From positions 11,399 through 75,398 of the IMG/VR virus record IMGVR_UViG_3300032324_000938: DNA of 64,000 nucleotides. One strand, given 5' to 3'. Numbering within the stretch: position 1 is the first letter of the stretch; each line of letters begins with the position of its first letter. Source of the DNA: a virus (lineage: Duplodnaviria; Caudoviricetes). Under the pieces are notes generated by a model, which worked only from the letters and a program-made list of their open reading frames with translations, searched no databases and was not told the origin of the DNA. This document shows, in pieces, positions 25,749 to 33,277 of the stretch. The translations under genes and the position numbers were made by a program.

Positions 25749-25825
25749 GGGATTGTAAGAGAATGGCATCATCGCTTACCCTGTCACGGTAAGAAAGTTG
25801 GGTTCAAATCCCACCAGTCCCGCCA
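25749..25825 (+). tRNA. tRNA-Asp(GTC)
   Basis: TTACC-CTGTCAC-GGTAA; CCA. Confidence 0.9.
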
Positions 25826-25832
25826 TTTTAAT

Positions 25833-25906
25833 TGACCGTTAATTCAATAGCAGAATAGACGACTGATAATCGTCCTACGCCGGAGCGTAACCGGCACGGT
25901 CAACCA
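25833..25906 (+). tRNA. tRNA-Ile(GAT)
   Basis: GACGA-CTGATAA-TCGTC; T-loop AGCGTAA. Confidence 0.85.
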
Positions 25907-26050
25907 TTTTCACCAACTCTATGAAGCAGGTCGTGTGGTAAAAGAGATAGCGGGATTTGTGTTGACGACGAACACAAACCGAATACGCCTAGGAGGCAAC
26001 TATCGTGTTGGTGCCACCATTGTTCGAACAGTGGTGGGTAATTTTATAAC

Positions 26051-26127
26051 GGGGTGGTAGCTCAATTCGGGAGAGCGTCTGTTTTACACACAGAAGGTCA
26101 GGAGTTCGAATCTCCTCTACCCTACCA
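26051..26127 (+). tRNA. tRNA-Val(TAC)
   Basis: TCTGT-TTTACAC-ACAGA. Confidence 0.9.
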
Positions 26128-26205
26128 TTTTTGTTAGTAAATGTTGGGTTCAATTCCCTTTACTCAGTGATCACTGGTGAGAACATAACTACTAACAAAT
26201 TCAAC

Positions 26206-26283
26206 GCACTCGTAGCTAAACTGGACTAAAGCGACTCGGTTCTAACGAGAAGATTGCAGGTTCGAATCCTGCCGGGTGTGCCA
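26206..26283 (+). tRNA. tRNA-Arg(TCT)
   Basis: CTCG-GTTCTAA-CGAG. Confidence 0.85.
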
Positions 26284-26288
26284 TTTTT

Positions 26289-26363
26289 GCTTCTTTAGTA
26301 TATTAGTATTACACGACATTGGTAATGTTGAGAAGACGGTGCGATTTCCGTCAAGAAGCTCCA
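26289..26363 (+). tRNA. tRNA-Thr(GGT)
   Basis: CGACA-TTGGTAA-TGTTG; T-loop TGCGATT. Confidence 0.85.
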
Positions 26364-26402
26364 TTTTTATGATATTTTATTTTAATTTCTATATTTATAG
26401 AT

Positions 26403-26882
26403 ATGATTAAGTTAAAAGAACTTCTAAATGAGATTGAAGAGGCGTGTTGGGATACTCATAAACAAATTGGTATGAAGGAAAAAGGCGGAAGGATGGTACC
26501 AAATTGTGTTAGAAAAGAAGCTTTAGAAGATGACGACAATATAGAAGAATATGATGTTGAAAGTGAACAAGATATAAAAGAATTTGTTCAATTCATGAGA
26601 GAATATAAGCAACCATTATGTGAAGCGGAATATCGTGGTCGTAAAGTGCGCCTTGGTAAACGAATGCAAGGCGATGTCAAGAAATTTAAAGTATACGTTA
26701 AAAATCCTAAAGGAAAAGTAGTTAAGGTAAATTTTGGATTTGGTGGATCTTCAGCTAAAGGTAAAAGAATGACCATAAAAAAGAATAATCCAGCACGTAG
26801 AAAAAACTTTAGAGCAAGACATAATTGTGATAATCCTGGTCCACGTACTAAAGCCAGATATTGGTCCTGTAGGGCTTGGTAA
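26403..26882 (+). CDS. Conserved phage protein (recalled as DUF6321-like) with MIKLKELLNE leader
   Basis: ACWDTHKQIGMK..VPNC; EAEYRGRKV...KVNFG...RARHNCD...YWSCRAW; TATTTATA 3 nt upstream. Confidence 0.8.
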   Translation: MIKLKELLNEIEEACWDTHKQIGMKEKGGRMVPNCVRKEALEDDDNIEEYDVESEQDIKEFVQFMREYKQPLCEAEYRGRKVRLGKRMQGDVKKFKVYVKNPKGKVVKVNFGFGGSSAKGKRMTIKKNNPARRKNFRARHNCDNPGPRTKARYWSCRAW

Positions 26883-26902
26883 CTTTGATATTATATTTTT
26901 AT

Positions 26903-26980
26903 GTCCCGTTGGCTGAGTAGACAAAAGCGAGAGTCTGCAAAACTCTAAAATCGTTGGTGCAAATCCAACACGGGACTCCA
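26903..26980 (+). tRNA. tRNA-Cys(GCA)
   Basis: AGAGT-CTGCAAA-ACTCT; T-loop TGCAAAT. Confidence 0.85.
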
Positions 26981-27035
26981 ATTTTAAATAAACAAAAATG
27001 TTACATTACTGTTTCAGAGTTGTATTTATTTTTGT

Positions 27036-27203
27036 ATGCAAAATGCTAATCTATATCAAAAATTTATGGAATTGAAGAGGGAAATAGAAAAACATAAATG
27101 GATTGAGAGTGAAAAGAAAGGTAATGATATAGGATTTGAGAAAGCGTTAATAGATTGGGTTACCAAACACAGAATTGATTGGGTAACCCATAAATTAAAG
27201 TGA
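27036..27203 (+). CDS. DUF4032-like small protein (not in the ORF track)
   Basis: 55 aa: ...LKREIEKHKWIESEKKGNDIGFEKALIDWVTKHR... Confidence 0.75.
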   Translation: MQNANLYQKFMELKREIEKHKWIESEKKGNDIGFEKALIDWVTKHRIDWVTHKLK

Positions 27204-27208
27204 TACTA

Positions 27209-27682
27209 TTATAGTACACCAGCGTCTTTATAAGACATTTTTACAACGCCTTCATCAATAAGGCGTTTTCTATTTTTTAGGTGTTGATCTTTTACTTTAT
27301 CTTTATTTTCACCCATGTAACGCACTGCGTAACCATTTGTAATGAGTTCATCATTGAGTACCTTTTTGGTATCTGGTTGTATAATTTCACCTAAAAGTCG
27401 ACCAAATTTCTCTCTACCGTTACTATCTACATCATCACTGACATGGGTTCTAATAATAACGTGTTTATCAGGACAAGACTCAATAAATTTTTTAACATAG
27501 TCTTTGCTTGCTAAACCAAATACTTTTTCTGTTTTGTCTGAAGTGCGGCTTTCTGGGGTATCAACTCCTAAAAGTCGCACTTTTTGTTTTGTAAAGATGA
27601 CATCAAAACCCAGATCAATATCAATGACTATGGTATCTCCGTCAACAACTTCAGTAACTTTTGCGTGGTATTCGTATGGCAT
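27209..27682 (-). CDS. Thermonuclease (SNase-like)
   Basis: VVDGDTI, VRLLGVDTPES, KFGRLLG. Confidence 0.9.
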   Translation of the reverse strand: MPYEYHAKVTEVVDGDTIVIDIDLGFDVIFTKQKVRLLGVDTPESRTSDKTEKVFGLASKDYVKKFIESCPDKHVIIRTHVSDDVDSNGREKFGRLLGEIIQPDTKKVLNDELITNGYAVRYMGENKDKVKDQHLKNRKRLIDEGVVKMSYKDAGVL

Positions 27683-27695
27683 AATTTATATTTTT

Positions 27696-28508
27696 TTATT
27701 TGAATAGGTTCTTAAAAAATCCTTGTTTTTTGGGTTTTTCTTCACTTTTTTCCTCTTTTTTTGGTTCTTCTTTTTCTTTGATTTTGTTCAATTCATCTAG
27801 CTTTTTCTTAAAATTTTCTCTGGAAATTTTCATTAATGTCTCTGTTCCTTTGGGCCAACTACCAATTGGAGAGTTGAATTCAAAACCTTCTTTTTTGAGA
27901 TTTTCCCTTAATTTTGCTGCTAAAATGGTATTTTCTTTTCTTAAGTCATCTATGATTTTTTCATATTGTTTGACTTGATCTTGTAAGAAATTTCTTTCTT
28001 CTGTGAGTTTTGCAATCTTTTTTATCAAATCATTTTGGTCAGTTTCAGTCTTGGCTTTTTTCAATTCTTCACTGTAATCTACGATTTCTGCGGTCATTTT
28101 TACTATAGTGTTACGTAGTGATTTGACATCAGATTCAAGTGCTCCTTTTTCTTGTTCAAGCAATTTAATTTTGATATCTTTGTCTTCAGATGATCTTTTT
28201 AAGTTGTCTGTAAGTTGTTGTAGGTGTGCTACATTTGTTTGTAAGAAGCTGAATTTTTGATCATAATTTTTAATTACGGTGGACAATTCTGAATTTTTAA
28301 AATTGAGATTTGTGATGAGCAAATTTTGGTTTACAACAAGTTCAGTTTGTTTGTTGAATTTGCCTGTTAAGTTTTTATAACTGTTATTTAAAAATACAAA
28401 GTATGTTATTAGTCCTAAAATTGCTAATGGTACAATTAAGAAATTAACAATTTTTTTTGGATTTAATTTAATTTTTTGTTGAGTTGGTTGTTCTGTTGTA
28501 GTTTCCAT
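27696..28508 (-). CDS. Membrane-anchored coiled-coil protein
   Basis: N-terminal TM helix followed by long heptad region. Confidence 0.75.
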   Translation of the reverse strand: METTTEQPTQQKIKLNPKKIVNFLIVPLAILGLITYFVFLNNSYKNLTGKFNKQTELVVNQNLLITNLNFKNSELSTVIKNYDQKFSFLQTNVAHLQQLTDNLKRSSEDKDIKIKLLEQEKGALESDVKSLRNTIVKMTAEIVDYSEELKKAKTETDQNDLIKKIAKLTEERNFLQDQVKQYEKIIDDLRKENTILAAKLRENLKKEGFEFNSPIGSWPKGTETLMKISRENFKKKLDELNKIKEKEEPKKEEKSEEKPKKQGFFKNLFK

Positions 28509-28709
28509 AGTTTGTTATATATAGTAAATATTGGGTGGAAAATATTTTTAATTTTTATAAAATAAAGACAATAGTTATGTTCAGAACTGTCATTATATAA
28601 TAAGTTGATATTCTTAAAGATCAATGTATGATGAATAAGTTAAGTGAATAAACTTTGAGTGAAGTTTATTAGTTAAACAGAAACAAGAAAGATAAATAAT
28701 AAAATAAAT

Positions 28710-29396
28710 ATGAAGAAACTAGTATTAGTATTGGCTGCTCTTTTTGCAGCTGCATCCGTAACCGCAGAAGATACCTCATCATTGACATTTGATGCAGGAT
28801 ACAACAACCAATACATTATCAACGGTGTAAGTCGTGCAGAAGGTACAGCTTATGCAGGTTTTGCTGCAGTTAAGTCACTAAAGTATGCGGATGTATATGT
28901 TAGTGGTGTATTGTTGCCAAAGGATGGCATTGATCAATCACACTGGACCGTTGGTACAGGTAAGGGTGTAAAGACCTTTGAATGGTTGACATTGCGTTTG
29001 GATGCAACTGCCACTCGTCACCAAGCTGGTGGATTTGGTATTAAGAATTCCACAGAATTTGGTGTCAAGTTGGAAGCACAAAATCCATGGTTGACTCCAT
29101 ATGTTCGTGGTGTTTATGATATTAACCTAGAACAAGCTGGTGTTGGTGCAGGTGTATATCATACATTTGGTCTACCATTTGGATTCAAGGCAACTCCATC
29201 TGCTGAATTCGTAAAGTTTGAACGTTATGACGCAGTTACTGCCAAGTTGAACGTATCCCGTCCAATTGGTAACTTTGTACCATATGCTGAAGTTGGTGTA
29301 ATTGACAACAACTTTAGTACTGCTAAGTACCGTTTTGCTACTGAAGAATTGACTGCTGAAGTTCTATATTCCGCAGGTGTTAAGTACACATTCTAA
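28710..29396 (+). CDS. Outer-membrane beta-barrel / porin-like protein
   Basis: Signal peptide MKK...ASVTA; alternating strands; C-terminal GVKYTF; promoter TTGATA-16-TATGAT at 28605-28632. Confidence 0.75.
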   Translation: MKKLVLVLAALFAAASVTAEDTSSLTFDAGYNNQYIINGVSRAEGTAYAGFAAVKSLKYADVYVSGVLLPKDGIDQSHWTVGTGKGVKTFEWLTLRLDATATRHQAGGFGIKNSTEFGVKLEAQNPWLTPYVRGVYDINLEQAGVGAGVYHTFGLPFGFKATPSAEFVKFERYDAVTAKLNVSRPIGNFVPYAEVGVIDNNFSTAKYRFATEELTAEVLYSAGVKYTF

Positions 29397-29416
29397 TAGT
29401 CAAACTAAAATAATTT

Positions 29417-29449
29417 AAACCGCTAACTGTAAAAAGTTAACGGTTTTTT
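29417..29449 (+). terminator. Intrinsic terminator
   Basis: AAACCG.TAAC/GTTAACGGTTT + T-run. Confidence 0.8.
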
Positions 29450-29488
29450 GTTTTATAGATATATATAATTAAAGAAGGGGTTTATTTT

Positions 29489-30391
29489 ATGCCAACAGCA
29501 ATGGAAAGTTTATTAACGGAACATGCAATTTTATTACAAAAAATAATTGAACAATCAAAGAAGGATGCTTTATCATCAACACTATCAATAACAAGCAGTA
29601 CAACATCTGCAGTAAAGTTAGATTTGTTAACACATATAAATTCTAACTTTGATAATTTGATTAAAGAAAAAAAGGATAAGAATATTTTAACTCCTTATGC
29701 CAATCCTTATAATTGGCCACGAAATAATAATTGTTGGGCAAAAAATTTAGATTTAACTGGATATGCTGCTTGTATAGTTCCTCTTGGAGGAGTTGGTGGT
29801 GGAACATTAATTACTCGTAAACATGTTTTGTTAGCGAATCATGTACCATATTCAAATTCACCATTTCTAATTTTCTTTGTAAACAATAATAATGTATCGT
29901 TAGTTTATAATGTTATTAAAACAAAAAGAGTGGGTAATACAGATATTTTAATTGGTGAATTAGATAAAGAAGTTGATGCGTCATTAAAAGTATATGATGT
30001 ATTACCAGCTAATTATCTCAAATACTTTGATGCAAACAAAACCAATTTTCCAATTCTATATTCAGATCAAGAAAGAAAAGCTTTAATTGGTGAGAATGGA
30101 CTTATCAATACTACTTACGGATCAATTAATACATTATTAAACATTTCAAAAGATACTAATAGAGCACAATATTTTGAAGCTTTAATTGGCGGTGATAGTG
30201 GTAATATTGTTAGTACAATCATAAATAATCAAATTGTATTAATTGGTGGGTGGTATATGACATTAGGAACTATGGCAGGTTTAGCTACAAATATTCCTAG
30301 TTACATAAGTGAAGTCAATAATACAATATCTACATTAAGTGCTGGATATAAAGTTAATGAAGTTAATTTAAGTGATTTTAAAACTTTTTAA
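29489..30391 (+). CDS. Trypsin-like serine protease
   Basis: GTLITRKHVLLANH, DILIG and GGDSG triad motifs. Confidence 0.75.
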   Translation: MPTAMESLLTEHAILLQKIIEQSKKDALSSTLSITSSTTSAVKLDLLTHINSNFDNLIKEKKDKNILTPYANPYNWPRNNNCWAKNLDLTGYAACIVPLGGVGGGTLITRKHVLLANHVPYSNSPFLIFFVNNNNVSLVYNVIKTKRVGNTDILIGELDKEVDASLKVYDVLPANYLKYFDANKTNFPILYSDQERKALIGENGLINTTYGSINTLLNISKDTNRAQYFEALIGGDSGNIVSTIINNQIVLIGGWYMTLGTMAGLATNIPSYISEVNNTISTLSAGYKVNEVNLSDFKTF

Positions 30392-30400
30392 ATAAATTTG

Positions 30401-30555
30401 TTGATTTCAAATATTTGTTGATATATATTGTCATAGTATGAATTCAGTTTCACAACCTAGTCAAGCCAGTCAACTCCCATCCGGAAGTTGAGTGTGAGGT
30501 TGTTTGCTCTTAAAGAATCAACCCGTCACTCTACAAAAAAGATGACGGGTTTTTG
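30401..30555 (+). promoter_or_regulatory. Promoter + uORF (30438-30491) + terminator: putative attenuator of tRNA block 2
   Basis: TTGATT-17-TATATT; uORF MNSVSQPSQASQLPSGS; stem AACCCGTCA/TGACGGGTT + T-run; competing helix starts at the stop codon. Confidence 0.55.
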
Positions 30556-30566
30556 ATTTTTGGGTG

Positions 30567-30594
30567 TTGACAAATTGAGAAGGTGTGGTAAATT
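30567..30594 (+). promoter_or_regulatory. sigma70-type promoter with extended -10
   Basis: TTGACA-16-TAAATT. Confidence 0.65.
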
Positions 30595-30739
30595 GAATAC
30601 ATGATGTGAACAACATCAACAGTCTTTAGAAAGTTTGAACTGAGATCAAAACCGTAGAGGCGAGCCAAGGAATAGGAGACGCCGGTTCTTAGAAATAAGG
30701 GCTACCAACGATAGGTACACAATCCAACAAATTTTAAAT

Positions 30740-30814
30740 GGGCGGTTAGCTCAGTGGAAGAGCAGGACCTTTACACGGTCAAGGCCAGAGGTTCAAATCC
30801 TTTACCGCCTACCA
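30740..30814 (+). tRNA. tRNA-Val(TAC)
   Basis: GACC-TTTACAC-GGTC. Confidence 0.9.
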
Positions 30815-30821
30815 TTTTAAT

Positions 30822-30899
30822 CGGAATGTAGCTCAGTTTGGCTAGAGCGCTTGCTTTGGGAGCAAGATGTCGTAGGTTCAAATCCTATCATTCCGACCA
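30822..30899 (+). tRNA. tRNA-Pro(TGG)
   Basis: CTTGC-TTTGGGA-GCAAG. Confidence 0.9.
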
Positions 30900-30906
30900 T
30901 TTTATT

Positions 30907-30991
30907 GGGCATATGATGTAATTGGCAGCCATGCGAGTCTTAGAAGCTCGTGGAGAAATCCGTGGGGGTTCAAGTCCCTCTATGCCCACCA
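30907..30991 (+). tRNA. tRNA-Leu(TAG)
   Basis: CGAGT-CTTAGAA-GCTCG; variable arm. Confidence 0.9.
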
Positions 30992-30999
30992 ATTTCAAT

Positions 31000-31077
31000 G
31001 GTTACGTAGACCAACTGGAAGGAGTCGTCTATCTCAAAAATAGAATAGTGCTGGTTCGAATCCAGTCGTAACTACCA
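31000..31077 (+). tRNA. tRNA-Leu(CAA) with short variable loop
   Basis: TCTAT-CTCAAAA-ATAGA. Confidence 0.8.
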
Positions 31078-31084
31078 ATTTAAC

Positions 31085-31169
31085 GGGTGTGTGGATGAGG
31101 GAAACTGGAACAACCGCAATACTTAAAATATTGTATCCTATGTAGGTTCGAATCCTACCACACCTACCA
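31085..31169 (+). tRNA. tRNA-Leu(TAA)
   Basis: CAATA-CTTAAAA-TATTG. Confidence 0.85.
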
Positions 31170-31176
31170 AATTTAT

Positions 31177-31254
31177 GGGCTGGCATGTTCTAAGGCTAAG
31201 CGAGACTGGTTTGCAATCAGTCTGATGTGAGTTCGATTCTTACCTGGTCCACCA
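31177..31254 (+). tRNA. tRNA-Ala(TGC)
   Basis: ACTGG-TTTGCAA-TCAGT; G3:U70. Confidence 0.85.
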
Positions 31255-31269
31255 ATTTATAATTTATAC

Positions 31270-31356
31270 GGAAGTAGTCCGGTTAGTCGAGGAAAGCGTC
31301 TTGAAAACGCCTGGGGCCATAAACCCTCGTAGGTGCGAGTCCTACTGCTTCCGCCA
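31270..31356 (+). tRNA. tRNA-Ser(TGA)
   Basis: GCGT-CTTGAAA-ACGC; long variable arm; T-loop TGCGAGT. Confidence 0.85.
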
Positions 31357-31373
31357 TTTTAATACAACTCCAC

Positions 31374-31402
31374 TTGACAATGGAACCGAAGACTGATATA
31401 GT
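31374..31402 (+). promoter_or_regulatory. sigma70-type promoter
   Basis: TTGACA-17-TATAGT. Confidence 0.75.
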
Positions 31403-31446
31403 AAGTTATCGTCTCTTGAAGAAATCGGAGTTTGTCAAAATTTTAT

Positions 31447-31539
31447 GGAGGTGACGTAGATAGTCAGGTTTCTACAGCAGTTTGCTAAACTGCCGTGGTC
31501 TAAAAGCCACTGAGGGGGCAGCACCCTTCGCCTCCGCCA
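31447..31539 (+). tRNA. tRNA-Ser(GCT)
   Basis: GCAGT-TTGCTAA-ACTGC; T-loop GGCAGCA. Confidence 0.85.
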
Positions 31540-31545
31540 TTTAAA

Positions 31546-31619
31546 GCGGGTGTGATGTAACGGTAGTCTGGGGCTCTTCCAAAGCCCATGAGAGGGTTCG
31601 ATTCCCTCTACCCGCTCCA
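31546..31619 (+). tRNA. tRNA-Gly(TCC)
   Basis: GGGCT-CTTCCAA-AGCCC. Confidence 0.9.
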
Positions 31620-31626
31620 ATTTAAC

Positions 31627-31700
31627 TGGGGATTTGCATAATGGTAGTGCGGCAGACTTTGAATCTGCTTGTGGTGGTTCGATTCCATCATCCCCAACCA
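31627..31700 (+). tRNA. tRNA-Gln(TTG)
   Basis: GCAGA-CTTTGAA-TCTGC. Confidence 0.9.
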
Positions 31701-31819
31701 TTTTATATATGTCGGTTAAGGGTGTAATTTTAGAGAAATTGTAATGAGTGATCATCAGTTACAAGAGTAAGAACTAGTGATCGAAAGATCCGTTCATCAA
31801 ACACCGACAACAATTTATT

Positions 31820-31896
31820 CGGGGTGTATTGTCAATTAGGAGACGGCCTGATCTGGAGTCAGGAAGCTGCAGGTGCAAGTCCTGTCACCCCGACCA
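31820..31896 (+). tRNA. tRNA-Pro(TGG), atypical C33/A37
   Basis: CCTGA-TCTGGAG-TCAGG; Pro-type acceptor CGGGGTG; T-loop TGCAAGT. Confidence 0.75.
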
Positions 31897-32224
31897 TTTT
31901 TATATCAGACAATGGTAGAGGTTTGAACTTGGCTAGGTCTGAAACAATAACCAACGGCTGTGTTCGGCTAATAATCTGTGGGTTAAATATGCCCATAAAA
32001 CCGCCAAGGTGTCTGAGATAAGTTTTAGATTTGATCGTTGGTGTATAGAATTATAGCACTCTGCCATTAGGAGGTAGATGAGACTGAAGTTGACGAGATA
32101 GACATTCGATTTAAGTTTATGGTTTCTGTGCGCACAGTGCCGTTGGACTTGACCGAAATATGGAACGCTTAGTGAAATCCTCGTATATTCGCAAGTCACG
32201 GTCATCCAATTTTTGTTTTTTGAT

Positions 32225-32253
32225 TTGACTTATACTATATATTGGTGTAAGAT
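32225..32253 (+). promoter_or_regulatory. sigma70-type promoter 8 nt before tRNA-Ala
   Basis: TTGACT-17-TAAGAT. Confidence 0.65.
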
Positions 32254-32261
32254 TTATAAAT

Positions 32262-32336
32262 GGGCTGTTAGTGATAGTGGTAGCACGGGAGCTTTGCAAG
32301 CTTTAGGGAAGAGTTCGATTCTCTTACGGTCCACCA
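32262..32336 (+). tRNA. tRNA-Ala(TGC)
   Basis: GGAGC-TTTGCAA-GCTTT; G3:U70. Confidence 0.85.
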
Positions 32337-32341
32337 TTTTT

Positions 32342-32914
32342 ATGAATGTTAGTGATAAATATAAATTGTTATGGTTTGCTACTCCGCGTTCTGCGAGTAG
32401 AACACTACACACAATATTTTGGGATAAATTACAGTTCAAAAACATATATGATTTGAATTGTAGTATGTATACGCATGAAGTTGTATATGATCATAGTATA
32501 TACAATGATTACAAAATAATAATGTGTGTAAGAAATCCGTATTCAAAGTATGTGTCAACATGGCAATGGGCACTAAATGAGTATAATACATTTGAAAATT
32601 TTATTTTATCAGATTATAATTGGATGGATGTAGAAAATCATGTAATTAATATTTGTGAAACATATAGTAGATCTATTGAGTATTTGATTAAATATGAAAA
32701 TATTGATAATGATGTTGTAAAATTACCATATGATTTAAATTTTGGTTGTGTCAAACAAAATGTATATAAATCTAATTTAAAAAGAATAGATGATGGTAAA
32801 TATAGTGATTATCAATTTTATTATAATCAACAATTAGCGGATGAAGTTTTTAAACGTAACCAAAACATATTTGAATTTTTTGGTTATGAAAGAGATAGTT
32901 GGAAATACTTATAA
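32342..32914 (+). CDS. Sulfotransferase-family protein
   Basis: TPRSASRT (5'-PSB-like), VRNPYSKYVSTW (3'-PB-like), IKYEN, FEFFGY; start reassigned past the tRNA. Confidence 0.75.
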   Translation: MNVSDKYKLLWFATPRSASRTLHTIFWDKLQFKNIYDLNCSMYTHEVVYDHSIYNDYKIIMCVRNPYSKYVSTWQWALNEYNTFENFILSDYNWMDVENHVINICETYSRSIEYLIKYENIDNDVVKLPYDLNFGCVKQNVYKSNLKRIDDGKYSDYQFYYNQQLADEVFKRNQNIFEFFGYERDSWKYL

Positions 32915-32924
32915 TTTAAAGAGC

Positions 32925-32998
32925 GCGGGTATGATGTAGTGGTAGCCTGCAACCTTGCCAAGGTCGATGTGCCGGTTCAATTCCGGCTACCCGCTCCA
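32925..32998 (+). tRNA. tRNA-Gly(GCC)
   Basis: ACC-TTGCCAA-GGT; CCA. Confidence 0.85.
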
Positions 32999-33008
32999 TT
33001 TTAATATT

Positions 33009-33269
33009 ATGGATTCAGTTGAAAAAATAAAAAAACAAATACAAGACTTGGAATCCAAGTTAGAAGATTTGCGTGATGAATTGGATAAAAAGGATAATAA
33101 TCCAATTGAATCCATGAGTATTAAAAAAGAAATTGGTGATTTGGTTAAAAATATAAATAACTTAAAAGGTAAGTTACCTGTTGACAAAGAGAAGGCAAAG
33201 ATGTATTTTGATCTAATGCGTAAGGCAATTAGTGAAAAACTAACATATAAAGAATTTTTTGATCTTTAA
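33009..33269 (+). CDS. Small coiled-coil protein
   Basis: 86 aa from MDSVEK. Confidence 0.65.
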   Translation: MDSVEKIKKQIQDLESKLEDLRDELDKKDNNPIESMSIKKEIGDLVKNINNLKGKLPVDKEKAKMYFDLMRKAISEKLTYKEFFDL

Positions 33270-33277
33270 CATTTTAT

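Noticed and set aside
23814-32445. Track ORFs over the RNA cluster (23814, 24113, 25563, 26751, 31435, 31824, 31933, 32117, 32254)
   Set aside because: They overlap tRNAs or structured RNAs on the opposite strand; the 5' extensions of 22504, 32213 and 32955 likewise run through tRNAs
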